Positions 14,275 through 28,450 are shown, numbered from the stretch's first letter. The stretch is DNA of 64,000 bases from Eledone cirrhosa (GCA_964016885.1 OZ024741.1:315580001-315644000), one strand, 5' to 3'. A program made the numbers and translations. The notes: generated by a model not told the origin, from the letters alone.

Positions 14275-14478
14275 GTATGTATGTATATGTGTGCGTGTAT
14301 ATTTATTTATTTTTGTGTATGTGTGGGTGTGTGTGTGTGTGTGTGTGTTTGTATTTGGTTGTGCGTGCTTTTGATATATACGTATTTGCATGTGTATAAT
14401 TGTTTAGCTATGTATGTATATGTGTGTTTACGTATATATATGTGTGCGTGTGTGTGCGTTTATATTTTTATATTTTTG

Positions 14479-14555
<77 letters not shown>

Positions 14556-14624
14556 CAAGGTTTAGTAAATAATGAAAAAGTTTCAAAATAAATTTTAAAA
14601 AATTGACTTTACTTACTATGGTTA

Positions 14625-14706
14625 CCTTTACCGATCGGTTTCGAATCCCAAAAATAAAACGGAGACCATACGGCCTTCGTTGCAAAGAAAGATTCTCGTC
14701 AGAAGG
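14625..14706 (-). ncRNA. Type I hammerhead ribozyme with intact core and extended stem II
   Basis: CCTT-CTGACGA-GAATCTT...GGGATTC-GAAA-CCGATCGG-TA-AAGG. Stem III ACCGATCGGT is palindromic. Confidence 0.85.
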
Positions 14707-15364
14707 TTCTTTTCATTCAAAGAATATAAAATTCCTGAATTTAAATCACAAACTAGCGCTATCAAAAACTGTTCCTGGGATGAGAGTGGATGATGTAGAA
14801 CAGGTTTATCAAGGGCCATAGCAAAGATAGAGGCAAAAGGAGGTAGGTCAAACTAGCCACAGCTATTGCTAGCAGCAGTCGGAACGACCAAGTTTGTTCT
14901 CAACGTTAGTGGAGGTAGTAGTAATATATATATATATATGTGTGTGTGTGTGTATATAATTACATATACATGTGTGTGTTTATATTATATACGTGTGCGT
15001 GTTTGTGTATGTATGTGTATGTACGTGTTTATGTATTTGTATATGTATATTTATGTGTGAGAGTGTGTGTATGTGTTTACTATTTCGTACGTATGTATAT
15101 GTGCTTTTGTGTGTATTACTTACCACGCGTGTCTGTCCTGTTAGCTGGGGCATGTGTCGGTGTCAAACATTTTTTAATATATATTTATATATTTTTTTCT
15201 TATATTTATTTGCGTGTGTGAATATGTAGAGGAGTGCATTCATGTATGTGTATGTATGTACGTTGTATGTTTGTGTGAATGTATGTATGTGTATATATAT
15301 GTGTGTGTGTATGGCTATGTTTGTGTATGTGTATGCTTGTACACACACATGTGTGTGTATGTGT

Positions 15365-15468
<104 letters not shown>

Positions 15469-15764
15469 ATGTGTGTGTGTGTATGTATGAATGTATGTAT
15501 GTGTATATGTGTGCATATATGTGTATGTGTGTGTAGGTGTACGTTTTATATATATATATATGTGTATATGTATATATGTATGCGTACATTTATATATATG
15601 TATATATGTATGTGTGTGTAAGTATGCTTTTGTGTTTTTTTTGTGTGTGTTTGCATGTGTAGTTTTATTTTATTTTTCCTTTCCTTCTCCCTTTTCCAGC
15701 CTCACTTTCATATAGATTGCATTTTTGTTTTTAGAATCCAAATTCAATAAACAAACCAGGATTT

Positions 15765-15822
15765 TTCATTCTGAGGATTGAAAGCAAAACCTTTTGCTTT
15801 TAAGAAACCACTGGTAAATGGA
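15765..15822 (+). ncRNA. Type I hammerhead ribozyme
   Basis: TTCATT-CTGAGGA-TTGAAAGCAAAA CC TTTTGCTTTTAA-GAAA-CC ACT GG-TA-AATGGA. Confidence 0.8.
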
Positions 15823-15921
15823 ATAATTGCCTTATATTGTTTATTACATAATAATAATAATTAAGCTCTGTTGCCTACATAGAGCACTCTTTTTTCCTGG
15901 ACTTTTCCGATGGAATTACTT

Positions 15922-15949
<28 letters not shown>

Positions 15950-15955
<6 letters not shown>

Positions 15956-16140
15956 GTAGGAATTGTGGTAAGGAACCAGATGGACGATAACGCACCAAAG
16001 TACTCAATACTTAGGGTAATAGAGTCGGTAATAGGAACAAGTATGACCCCGACGGCAGAGCTCAAGCCGTTTCGACGGCTATTTCTGGACTAGAAATGGC
16101 CGTCGAAACGGCTTGAGCTCTGCCGTCGGAGTTATACTTT
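15950..16140. mobile_element. Fold-back PLE-type 3' end centred in HHR stem II (same family at 16905-17115 and 40093-40354)
   Basis: Palindrome CCGACGGCAGAGCTCAAGCCGTTTCGACGGCTATTTCT...AGAAATGGCCGTCGAAACGGCTTGAGCTCTGCCGTCGG. Each arm holds the HHR 3' half GAAA-CGGC...GCCG-TC. Confidence 0.8.
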
Positions 16141-16143
16141 TTC

Positions 16144-16253
<110 letters not shown>

Positions 16254-16264
16254 ATATATGACTA

Positions 16265-16880
16265 TATGTCAGGGCACCAGTTGGTGCTACTGGTAACATG
16301 TATTCCAGTACAACCTGAGCCATGGTCGGGTCGTTGGCGACTAAACTGGCAACCCCACCAAGGTTTCTTGGTGAGAAGGGTGACTTTGGACATCCTGCAG
16401 GACTAAAAACAAAACCTGTCAAAGGGCAAAGGAGCTCTTAAGAGTCAATGGCCATCCAAAATCACCGGGAGAGATGACCTCTTAGCCTTTGTCAAGGCAG
16501 AATTCTAGGAGAAGGAAAACTCTGATATAACACCTGCAACCCTGATGGTATCCAATGATGTTGACTTGTTCTTCTTTTTGGTAAATATCATCTTGGTTAA
16601 GAGAGTGGGACTGGCTTTGTGCAGTGCCTTTGCTCACTATAAAAGCTTCACGGCACAGGCATTGCTTTGTATCTGGAGATCTCTCTGCCCTTGTCATCAC
16701 ATGGTACCATGGGCACAGCACTATGTGTCAATAATTGTCACAAGTGTAGTGTTTGTACCAGAGTTTTCAAGTCGCTGGCTGCCTAAAAAGTCACACTTGT
16801 TCAGCGCATCGGTAGGGGTTCTCCTACATGGATATAAAGTAGTGGCCGTACTCGAAAACGTGTTGGCAGCCACCATATGT
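16265..16880 (+). mobile_element. RTE-like LINE remnants (5' UTR-like segment and C2H2-bearing 3' end; 3' end duplicated at 17233-17400)
   Basis: The duplicate translates to [22 protein letters not shown], like the RTE ends at 46470-47560. ~170 bp direct repeat. Confidence 0.5.
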
Positions 16881-17146
16881 GTATGTATATATATATATAT
16901 AAGTATAACGAAGGAAATGTGGTAAGGAACCAGGTGGACCATAACGCACCAAAGTACTCAATACTTATGGTAGTAGAGTGGGTAATGGGAACAAGTAAGA
17001 CCCCGATGGCTGAGCTCAAGCCGTTTCGACGGCTAATTCTGTACTGAATTGAGTACAGAATTAGCCGTCGAAACGGCTTGTGCTCAGCCATCGGGGTCTT
17101 ACTTGTTCCCATTATATATAAGTATATATATATGTATGTATATGTG

Positions 17147-17234
<88 letters not shown>

Positions 17235-17419
17235 GGCCCAGCACTATGTGTCAATAATTGTCACAAGTGTAGTGTTTGTACCAGAGTTTTCAAGTTGCTG
17301 GCTGGACTAAAAAGTCACACTCGTTCAGCGTTTCGGTAGGGGTTCTCATACATGGATATAAAGTAGAGGCCGTACTCGAAAACGAGTTGGCAGCCACCAT
17401 GTATATATATATATATATA

Positions 17420-17751
17420 TTAGAATGTGAGGTTTTTTTACAAAATGAAAAATAACCGAGGTGTTCTACACGAGTGAAAGTATAAATAAAAAATGATGAA
17501 ATCGAAAATGCAACTGGAGTCTTATTTTTAAAAATATATATATATTTATTTGGTTCCTTTACCGGTTTCGCAGTTCTTCTGCTTTTCAAAAGTAGAGTTG
17601 AGATGGAGCGTATGTGGTTTAAACCACAGACCCTCCATCTCAACTCTACTTTTTGAAAAGCAGAAGAACTGCGAAACCGGTAAAGGAACCAAATAAATAC
17701 ATATATATTTTTTTAAATAAGACTCCAGTTGCATTTTCGATTTCATCATTT

Positions 17752-17760
<9 letters not shown>
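17420..17760. mobile_element. Palindromic fold-back of the pLTR of the 60058-63540 PLE family
   Basis: Centre GGTTTAAACC at ~17620. HHR motifs on both arms (17557-17592 minus, 17649-17685 plus). (TA)n on both sides. Confidence 0.9.
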
Positions 17761-17798
<38 letters not shown>

Positions 17799-17938
17799 CA
17801 TCGACTGTATCTGATGAACTCACACAGTAAAGGGTAACTATGCTGGACATAGACAGAGAGAGATAGAGAGAGGGTCCAACGCCATGCTTTCCTGCATGGT
17901 TACCTCTCTTTACAGTCTGAGTTCAAATCCCGTCGAGG

Positions 17939-18048
<110 letters not shown>

Positions 18049-18245
18049 GCATATATGTATATATATATATATATATAAATGTAATCTGAGTTTTTCGAAT
18101 ATCAATAATAACGTTCGATTCGTTTTTTGCAATTTTACAAACAAGCCTCAATTTTATAGCCATCTCAGTAGAATGAACACTTCATTATTAATATTCGAAA
18201 AACACAGATTACATGTATTGTATTCAGCCATGTAGAGCAAAATTT

Positions 18246-18304
<59 letters not shown>

Positions 18305-18330
18305 CATACATACATACATACATACATACA

Positions 18331-18362
<32 letters not shown>

Positions 18363-18376
18363 CACACACACACACT

Positions 18377-18414
<38 letters not shown>

Positions 18415-18597
18415 CAGAGGGGTATCCACAGTAAGTTGTGGGGTCTATTCTGCATGAAGAACTCGATGTAATCCATATGTTGAAAATGTTGTAGATTAAG
18501 ATAAATCTTGGAAAACAATAAAACATTAAAAGGAAAACAGAGTCATGATATAAGTTAAAACAATGAAATAAAAAATCAAGTCATTAGAGATATACTT

Positions 18598-18704
18598 CAC
18601 TGCTTTACGATCGATTCTAGATGATGATAATATATTGTAGCTATACTCAGTTATTGATCTATGTAAGGTTAGTTACAAACTCTCAGCTGTTTTCAAAAGC
18701 AATA
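18598..18704 (-). ncRNA. Hammerhead motif, U3-A8 variant core, long stem II
   Basis: TATTGCTT-TTGAAAA-CAG...CTA-GAAT-CGATCG-TA-AAGCAGTG. 8-bp stem I. GAAA is mutated to GAAT in this copy. Confidence 0.65.
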
Positions 18705-19085
18705 ATAATTTTATTCAATAATAATTTAATTTAGAATTAGTAGTATGTTAGTATTATGTCCTTATTTGGAGGTAGTTGAGCAACTAACGAATCAAATTGT
18801 TTTTTTTTTCATATGGTGTTAAGTTGAAAAGTGATACACTTTAATTGAGGTCATGACTCTTTGAAAGGAATGGTTGAAGGGTGTTAATAGTAGAATTGGC
18901 ATAAAAATCTATTAGGAGGAAAGGGATTGTCAAACTGATAGTTGCATGTATCTGGTATAGTGAATTTAAAAGGAATGTCAAAATAAATGGTGATTAGTGT
19001 TGTATTGAGTTTTAAGGTGAATATATATTAAGGTTATGGCTAGGAAAGATAGTATATTAAAAGATGAAAATTATAATAAGATAAT

Positions 19086-19272
19086 TGTTTCTACTTTAGG
19101 CACAAGGCCAGCAATTACCCAGTACATTACTGGTACTTTATTTTATCGACCCCGTAAGGATGAAAGGCAAAGTTAACCTCGGCGGGATTTGAACTCAGAC
19201 TGTAAAGGGACGGAACTATGCTAGAAAGCATGGCGTCCAACCCTCTACCGATACTGCCAATTCACCGCTCTG
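19086..19272 (-). mobile_element. tRNA-derived SINE with 15-bp target-site duplication
   Basis: TTATAATAAGATAAT at 19071-19085 and 19273-19287. Confidence 0.9.
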
Positions 19273-19645
19273 TTATAATAAGATAATGAAATACAGTAAT
19301 GCGTTAATATATAACTTAACCAACACAATATAGTACGGTGTAGTAAATTGAACTTAGTATAATATAGAATATGATACGCTCTAAAATACTATCAAGTATG
19401 TTTATGCATAAATAATCAAACTCAGATAAATACTTGTTGGCATAGTTAAAACACATAAATTTCATAGATTACAAAGTGCATATATCCACACTACATGTAG
19501 AGAGAGGTGCAGTTATATTGATATCCAACCAAAAATATACATACGCACAAATAGATGCAAACCTAAATACACATTTACATGTATGCATATAATCATATAC
19601 ATACATATCCATACTTATTTATATCCTCACATACACATCTATACC

Positions 19646-19692
<47 letters not shown>

Positions 19693-19726
19693 TCATATAT
19701 ACATACATATATATACACACATACAT

Positions 19727-19757
<31 letters not shown>

Positions 19758-19957
19758 CACATACAAATATATATACGTGTGTGAGTATATGTACACTCCT
19801 CATACATGTTCACATACTCATATATAAACACTCCTACACCTAAACTCACATATACACATACACAAACACACATATTTATATACATATATATATACACATA
19901 CACATACACACATACGTATACAAGTATATATATATATACACACATACACATACATAA

Positions 19958-20020
<63 letters not shown>

Positions 20021-22185
20021 AAAATATATTTCCATATCATACATAGATATATATTTACTCATGCAATTACGAGTGGTTGTGTATCTTGTTGCCTTTAGTC
20101 ATTAACGCATAAATCTAAGGAAGCTAAAAAAGCTAAAACATTAAAAGGCAAAAGTAAGCATGAATGCATATAATTAGGGGAAAGCGGTACTAATAAATGT
20201 TACTCTATGTGGAATTATAGTGAGTTGTTATTTAGAATATTTAATTAGGTTTATAGTATTTAATTAGGTTTAGTATTTAAATGTTCTTCGTATACGGTGA
20301 TTACAAACTATTCTCAATTCCTGTCTTTTATTTAATAAATCGTCCTTAGATTTAGTAATTTCCAAGATCTCCCCTGAACATAATCTGCATTCCCTCCTGT
20401 TCCCAAGATATGGAGTTCTTTGTAGAATGGTGCTCAACGATAACTTGAAATCTATTTTTTTCTTTTTATAATTATTTACCGCTTCAGCTAAGGATGTGGT
20501 GTTAGCTAGTTTAATATTGTTGAAACTACTAGAGTGTGCGTAAAATCTTTTCTTAAATGTGTTTGATGTATATCCTGTATATGTTTTGTTGGAGTCTGTA
20601 GTAGACACAGTGCATTTATATATTACATTATTAATCAAACAGTTTCCATTTAAGGGGCAAATGCTTCTATTTCTGCAATTACAGCCATACGTAATGGTTG
20701 TTGCGGGTGCCTATACTATTCTCATTAATCCTTGTGCTATTCCTATTGTAATTAATGATAGCAGGAGAATGAAAGTTGCTTTGTGGATGGTTTGGTGCTA
20801 GGGTTGTATTGTGATTTTGTGTTCTGTTGTTTTTGTGTTGGTGATTTGGGTGGTTGTGTTTTCTAGGTTGAAGGATTGTATTATTTGCCTTTTTAAAAGG
20901 TGCAGTCCTATTTAAATTATGTTGCGGTGGTGTAGTCATATTATTTTTAAGTTTATAAATGTTCTAGTTGCTTATTTTTTGTTGAAGATTGCGTGATGTA
21001 GAGTATGAGAATTTAACAGTATATTTGTTAAATATTTGGTGGTATCTGTGGTTTAGTGGAAAATGTTTATGTAGAATTTCAAAGGATTTTGGGGGGATTT
21101 GTCCAATAGATTGCAGGTTGAAGGGTGCGTTGTACCATGTTATGTTTCTTTTGCGGTTTTTAGTTAAGTTCTTATTACCACTTATATTATTGTGTTGTGT
21201 TCTAGAAGAATTTCTATGGTTAGTATCCTTATTTGTGGAATTTGGTAAATTACCGTGGTTGTATTTGGTGTTATTTTGGGGTAGATTATGAGATTTTGAG
21301 TGCTTGGTATTCATATGTGGGTTGATAACATTGGTCATAGATCGTGTAGTAATAGTTATTGTGGTTTTTTGGTTGTTTGGTGTAATAGGAATAACCACTT
21401 TAGGTATTTGTTTCAATGGTATTTTTTTGGTGTTTGTAGTTTTTGTTAGGCTTTATGTTTTGGTCCATATTAGTGCTGGGGATATATGAGATTTTTTTCT
21501 TTATATGCACTTCTAGTTAAGGCCTCGTTGTAGAAGGGTGCATTATTATAAAATATATCTTCATTGGAAGATAATTTAGAAAGTCTCAGAGATATATTAT
21601 ATACTAAGTTCTTGAGTATGGAGCCAGGGTGGTTAGATTGTGAATGTACATAATGTAGATTCTGGTTAGGTTTGTGGTAAGGTTGATAAGTATTCGTAGA
21701 GAGGTCTAAGGTAACATCAAGGAAATTAGCTACTTTTGAAGTGTTTTCAAAAGTGATGCTAAGGCTGTAATAGTCCTTGAGGAATATTCTAATTTGTTTT
21801 TTGTTCTTTTCTATATTGGAATTACTAATATTGTTAGATAACAATAGACAATCATCCCGATAAAGACCACCTTTGAGGTGGGGAAAAGTGCCATGAATGT
21901 TATAGAGGAGAAATAGTCCAACGAGATCTGTAACTTGAGCAGAGTCCATGGATCCCATCGTAATATCGAATAAATTGTTATACGTGTTACTTGTCCAGTA
22001 TTCTTCTTGGAAGTTTAGTAAGGTTATTATATTTTGGGTTTTCTAATAAGTTGTCTGATATATTCTTCGTTTGATGGTAGTAGTGGTATATCCTTGAGCG
22101 ATGTAGAAATCCTGAAGAATTCCATTAATTATTAGTAATCTATTGCAGAAGAAGCGCTCGACATTCTGGGAGCTAAATATGACCA

Positions 22186-23990
22186 AAAATTAATATGGTT
22201 CGTTGATTACTCAACGAATACAATTTTACAATAGATTAGAAGCACTCAACAGTTGGCTTTCCTGGAGTTTTTAATATTATTCAAAATATAAACAAATGAA
22301 AAATATTCACATAATCAAAATATATACTTTATTATATATATTTCAATGGTACTGTGTTGTTTCAGTACGTTTTCATCAGACAAAATATATGATTTGATAT
22401 ATGACATACGGCCACGGTCTTGATTATTCAATTCCTGTATTGGCAGTGATTTATTTAATCAAATCTCAACGTTTTTATACCACAAATAATATGATAAACT
22501 TAAAGAAGAAAGGGACGTGGAGAAAATTAGAGATATAAGAGGGGGTGCAAAGAAGAGGAAAAGGCAAGAGATAAATAAATATATACATAAATAAATAAAT
22601 GAATAAAAAAATAAATGGATGAATGAATAAAAGAAGAAAATATATATATAAACAAGAAAAGAGGAATAACGACAAAAGAGAGGGAAGGTGTGGGGAGAGT
22701 AAAAGGACACGAAGGGGAGTAAAGAAAAATAAAGAAAAAGAAAAAGAGGAAGAAGGAAACACCAGATATAGGGGAATAAAAAAAAACATTGTTTTCAAAT
22801 GCTAGATAAAATAAGAAATCAAATTTATTCACATAAACAATTGAATATCACTTGTATTTGATTATGATTTAGCTAATTATACTTTTATAGTATATCTAGA
22901 TTATTCAGTATATATTACTTTCCATAGCAATCACATATTTAATTTAATCATAAATATATATACTTTAATTTAACTCATTATAGATTATTATAATTTTTAA
23001 TTTTAAGGTAAGATATCTATAAATATTTTGTTACAACTTTAAAAGAATTAATCTTTAAAGCGTATTTAAATAATTATTAAATATGTATTAAAATATAATA
23101 CCATGCATATATCATCATCAATACATATAATATATTTAGATCATTTATTACCCAAATTATTTTATTTAATTTAGATATTCTCTTTATAAAAGCTTTACTA
23201 TTCTTTAATTTTCATTTAATTCCTAGAATCAAGCTGTAGTTATATTTACTCTCAATAGTTTTATTTCATTAATTTAATGTATGGTTATATTTACTTCTGT
23301 ATTTACTTATTTTGATATATAGTTTCCTTTTAAAGATACTCTATATATTATTAATCTACATATTTCATATTTAATATGCTTTAGCAAGCTAGTAGAAAAA
23401 AAAAAAGAATTTTTTATAACTTATCTCTACTCTCACGTCAAGCGATCATTCAAAAGCCATAAATCCTTTTACTCTCCCCACACCTTCCCTCTCTTTTGTC
23501 GTTATTCCTCTTTTCTTTTTTATATATTTCTTTTCTTCTTTTATTCATTCATCCATTTATTTTTTTATTCATTTATTTATTTATGTATGTATTTATTTAT
23601 CTCTTGCCTTTTCCTCTTCTTTGCACCCCCTCTTATATCTCTAATTTGCTCCACGACCTTTTCTTCTTTAAGTTTATCATATCATTTGTAGTATAAAACG
23701 TTGAGATTTGATGAAATAAATCACTGCCAATAGAGGAATTGAATAATCAAGACCGTAGTGGTATGTCATATATCAAATCAAATATTTTGTCTGATGAAAA
23801 CGTACTGAAACAACACAGTACCATTGAAATATATATAATAAAGTATATATTTTGATTATGTGAATATTTTTCATTTGTTAACATTTTGAATAATATTAAA
23901 AACTCCAGGAAAACCAACTGTTGAGTGCTTCTAATCTATTGTAAAATTGTATTCGTTGAGTAATCAACGAACCATACTAATTATTTGGTT
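22186..23990. mobile_element. Fold-back PLE-type 3' UTR (~525-bp inverted arms)
   Basis: 22186-22710 is the reverse complement of ~23465-23990. Each arm has an HHR. Confidence 0.85.
23782..23846 (+). ncRNA. Type I hammerhead ribozyme (inverted copy 22324-22388)
   Basis: ATATTTTGT-CTGATGA-AAAC GTACTG AAACAACA CAGTAC CATT-GAAA-TATATAT-A-ATAAAGTAT. 9-bp stem I. Confidence 0.8.
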
Positions 23991-24360
23991 ATATATATGT
24001 ATATATTTAATACATTAACAGAGAAAGCTTTAAGCAATACTCCGACCGGCTTCCGTCTCAGTCAACAAACATTAGGATATACCTTAGTATAATCCCAATT
24101 ATACGTTTCGGGTGCTAACTATACGTATTTTGCGGATAGTCAGTTGTATTATTTTATATGAGACATAATTAAAATACATATAACCTCGACGGAATTTGAA
24201 TTCAGAACGTAAAGAGAGGTAACTATGCAGGAAAGCAAGGTGTTCACCCCCCCCCCCTTATATATATATCTCTCTCTCTCTCTCACTCTCTCTTTCCAGC
24301 CTAGTTACCTCCCTTTACGGTCTGAGTTCAAATCCCGTCGAGGTTATGTATATATATATA

Positions 24361-24395
<35 letters not shown>

Positions 24396-24557
24396 CCCAC
24401 AATAGATTGATGTAAGGGAAATAACTGTGGATGCTTGGATTCGGGGTTTACCTCCCCCAGGAGAAGTGACTGTTTCTGCAGAATGCGTTTTCGTACATTT
24501 GTTTTTCCTTTTCCATACAACATGGAGTAACTTTTAAATAAATAGGACATATATATA

Positions 24558-24788
24558 TACAGAGATATCCACGCTAAGTTGTGGGGTTTAGTCTGCATGA
24601 AGAACTCAATGTAATTCATATGTTGAAAATGTTGTAGGTTAAAATAAATCCCGGAAAACAATAAAACATTAAAAGGAAAACAGAGTCATGATATAAGTTA
24701 AAACAATGAAATAAAAAAGATCAAGTCATTAGAAGTGAAATATATCTCTAATGAGTTGATTTTTTATTTCATTGTTTTAACTTATATA
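24558..24788. mobile_element. Short fold-back of the 3' end of the 18415-22020 family
   Basis: 24558-24733 matches 18415-18590. 24734-24788 is the inverted arm. Confidence 0.85.
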
Positions 24789-24809
24789 TATATGACCCTC
24801 CCAAAGTAT

Positions 24810-24874
<65 letters not shown>

Positions 24875-24881
<7 letters not shown>

Positions 24882-25793
24882 TAATAAAATAATGAATAAA
24901 CAAAGAAACAGTTCCTTATATTAAAAAAAATTCATCATTTTACGATCGTTTCAAGGATATATATGTGTTAGAGTTGGTATGCATATTCTATAGATCTATG
25001 TACAATATTTATACAAACTATCAGAGGGAATATACATACCTACACATATATATGCTGTCTTCAGAAATAATGATATTTGTTTATTGAAAAAAACAAAGAT
25101 TCAATACAATAGCTCTGTTTGGGAACAGGTTTTGAATTGACCAATAGAGAGATAGTGAGGGTCAAGATAGTAATATAGTAGTAGAAGAACCTTAAATTAT
25201 GGGTAGAGGAAGGTAGATTTCAGTTTTGGATGGAAAAGAATATTATGAATGAAGGATTATTTTAGGGAAGAAAATAGGTCGTATGCTGACCTCAGAAATA
25301 ATATTATTTGTTCATTGAATAAAACCAACAAAGATCTAATATATTCTGTCTGTTTGGTAAGAGGTTTAGAATTAACCAATAGAAAGTTAATAATTGGCCA
25401 AATGGTAAAATAGTAGTAATTGAAGCTTATTTTAGGGGTGAAAATAGGTCAGGTGGTCAGTAAAAGGTATACAAGCAGTTGCTGTTATAAAATAGTAATG
25501 CCAATACAAATATCTAAGGTGACTAAAGTTTTACGATAAGAATGTTAGTGAAAAAAATACATCTATGAAAAGAATATAAATTAATTTAATTGATGGGTAT
25601 ATTTATATTGATAAAATTATACTAATACATATAGATATGATAAATAAGAGTTAGATGCAGTTGAAAAGTGCTGTTAAAGACGAGGGGAAATTAAAAGAAT
25701 ATAAAAATAATATATATATATACTTATATATATATATATACATATATATACACATACACACACATATACACACATATATATATATATATATAT

Positions 25794-25854
<61 letters not shown>

Positions 25855-26779
25855 CATGCACATATACATACATACATATATATATACACACATACACACT
25901 TACATATATATATAATTATTGGGGGGGGGGAATTAAATTTATTAGTGATAAATAATAAATATATATAGTTTTCAACGAACATAGAGTCATAACCTGAAGT
26001 TAAAGCATTATATATGTTTACTTAATGGTATCAGTTTTAGGAAATGATAGTTGTAAGAAGGAAAGCAAAATTATGTAGTTCATCAGTAGTAGAATATTAA
26101 TTATAGGTTAACTAAATTAAAAATAGTTTATATATTAATTTCTAAAGTGTATATTAATTAGGTTTACCAAACAGACAGAATATATTAAATCTTTGTTGGT
26201 TTTATTCAATGAACAAATAATATTATTTCTGAGGTCAGCATACGACCTATTTTCTTCCCTAAAATAATCCTTCATTCATAATATTCTTTTCCATCCAAAA
26301 CTGAAATCTACCTTCCTCTACCCATAATTTAAGGTTCTTCTACTACTATATTACTATCTTGACCCTCACTATCTCTCTATTGGTCAATTCAAAACCTGTT
26401 CCCAAACAGAGCTATTGTATTGAATCTTTGTTTTTTTCAATAAACAAATATCATTATTTCTGAAGACAGCATATATATGTGTAGGTATGTATATTCCCTC
26501 TGATAGTTTGTATAAATATTGTACATAGATCTATAGAATATGCATACCAACTCTAACACATATATATCCTAGAAACGATCGTAAAATGATGAATTTTTTT
26601 TAATATAAGGAACTGTTTCTTTGTTTATTCATTATTTTATTAATTTATCTTGACTCTGTTTTCCGTTTATTTTTCACCGAAAGTAGTTTTTGAATGCATC
26701 TTCTCTTTTCATGATATCCGGATTACATTGAGTTCTTCATACGGATTGGACACTACCGTAAACTTTTGGTAGATTTATC

Positions 26780-26785
<6 letters not shown>
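24875..26785. mobile_element. Fold-back PLE-type 3' UTR (~500-bp inverted arms); same family at 39235-39665 and 13432-13541
   Basis: 24875-25380 is the reverse complement of ~26160-26650. Confidence 0.85.
26451..26592 (+). ncRNA. Type I hammerhead ribozyme with ~105-nt stem II (inverted copy 24932-25073)
   Basis: TCATTATTT-CTGAAGA-CAGC ATATATATGT...ACATATATAT CCTA-GAAA-CGATCG-TA-AAATGATGA. 9-bp stem I and palindromic ACGATCGT. Confidence 0.75.
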
Positions 26786-26816
<31 letters not shown>

Positions 26817-26819
26817 CTA

Positions 26820-28184
26820 TTTACAGACTTTATTGTGTTGTATCAGATGAAAGAATGGTATTTAACTAATGTATTGGTACGCGATGGGGCCCACCCACAG
26901 CCCCGGCAGACAGAATGGAGAAGGCGTTTCCCCGGAGGACGGCAAGGGAGACGCGCTGGAAAAGCCACTCCAACACCTACGGCTGGCCAGCTCAGCGCCT
27001 ATGGTGGTGAGTAGGAGGTAGCTCTGGGGCCGTGGACACCAGAAGTTTCCTCTGCCAGGGGAACGACCGCAAACATGTCGGAGAGCGACCGGTATTTGGG
27101 GAGTTTGGCCCCCTCAGCCTGACGTGCAGCAGAACCTGGGTCAGTCGCAGACTGCACCAGGTTGCGGCTGCAGAAAGTGTCGGTGCAAGTGGCATCCCAG
27201 ACGAGGGGTTTGCCACCGTGGAACGGGAAGATGGTCATGCCATCTGGCCTTTTGCGGTCCCCTCGATCCAGCCCCACCGGCTCGAGCTGGGAAGGGAAGC
27301 CTGAAACGTCCAAGCCATGCTTAATGACCTCGTTGAGGGAAGTATGGCGTGGAATGCGGCCGGGAGTGTGGCGACAGGAAAGCGGGTGGAGGCCGAAAGA
27401 GTCCACGGTGGAACCGCAGCGACATCGGTGTGGCTGGAAGATCCGGAGGCCGAGCCTCAGGGAAACGCCGATTCGCAGAATATGGTTGTCTAGCTTTGTG
27501 CCAGTAGAGAAGAAGGGCAGAGCATGGAGCCTGGCACTACTGTAGGGTTTGGATGCCGCACGAAAACAAGTAAGGCGGTGCTGGTCGAGCGCGCGCGTGA
27601 GCCTGTCTGAGGCCAAGCTGCACTGGATGGCATCCCAAGTGCGTTGGGGGGACTTGACGTCAACAGGGGGAGAAGGAGGAGGGAAGTCTACTGGGCCAAG
27701 TCCCAGCCGGTCCCACGTCTCACAAGCGGCCTCACGTTCTCTGAACACAGAGGATTCTGCTGTGTTTTGAAGAACCCTGCTGACGAGGACGCGGCACGAG
27801 GTTACCGACGAAAGATACGCTGGCAAAGCTTGTGAGATCGGGGACCGGAGGCTTAGGCCGCCATACCTGACCGGTAAAGTGGCTTGTTGCCATCCTATGT
27901 CGTCAAACTTGACGTTGCATATCCCATCGGCTGCTGCTCGGATACAAGTATCGAGGTCAGCGAGGAGAGATGTCTGGGTGTAGCATGGAGCGCTGCGGAA
28001 AGAAAGCTGGGTGGCCGTCAATCAAGCCCAGTCGGCTCGTGAGAGTCTGGAGCTGTTGAAGCCTTGGACTTGATGGTGGAGCGGATGGCCGGCGGGTGGA
28101 TCGGTGACCCGAGGATGAGGACATCCACTTTGGGGGTCACCTGAACCTGGCGGAGAATGGACCGCACGTCCAAGACGGAGGCTG

Positions 28185-28187
<3 letters not shown>
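26820..28187 (-). mobile_element. 3' part of a CRE-like (RLE-type) non-LTR retrotransposon
   Basis: ORF 26999-28021: QATLPVRYGGLSLRS, zinc knuckle CRCG...HPLSC, RH...RPDG...VWDAT endonuclease. QRVSLAVLRGNA follows after a frameshift. Confidence 0.88.
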
Positions 28188-28278
<91 letters not shown>

Positions 28279-28450
28279 GGGGGTTCGAACGCCATGCTTT
28301 CCAGCATAGTTACCTCACTTTACGGTCTGAGTTCAAATACTGTCGAGGTTAACTTTGCCTTTCATTCTTGCGGGTTCGATAACAGAAAGTACCAGTAATG
28401 TACTGGGTATTTGCTGGCCTTGTGCCAAAAGTAGAAACAATTATATTATT
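28279..28450 (+). mobile_element. tRNA-derived SINE, 5'-truncated
   Basis: Same family as 5337-5772. Confidence 0.85.

Larger units (their letters stand above)
18415..22020 (-). mobile_element. 5'-truncated PLE, Hydra-clade-like (RT plus GIY-YIG, frameshifted) with long 3' UTR
   Basis: 21470-21958 MGSMDSAQVTDLVGL...GLYRDD...YHKP...SNHP. Linker CNCRNRSICPL. 20270-20638 VIYKC...YTGYT...FKKRFYAH...CRLC...LLNKRQE. HHR at 18598-18704. Confidence 0.85.

Noticed and set aside
24095-24150. Possible HHR on the minus strand (CTGACTA...GAAACGTA)
   Set aside because: The core deviates and stems I and II do not pair convincingly.
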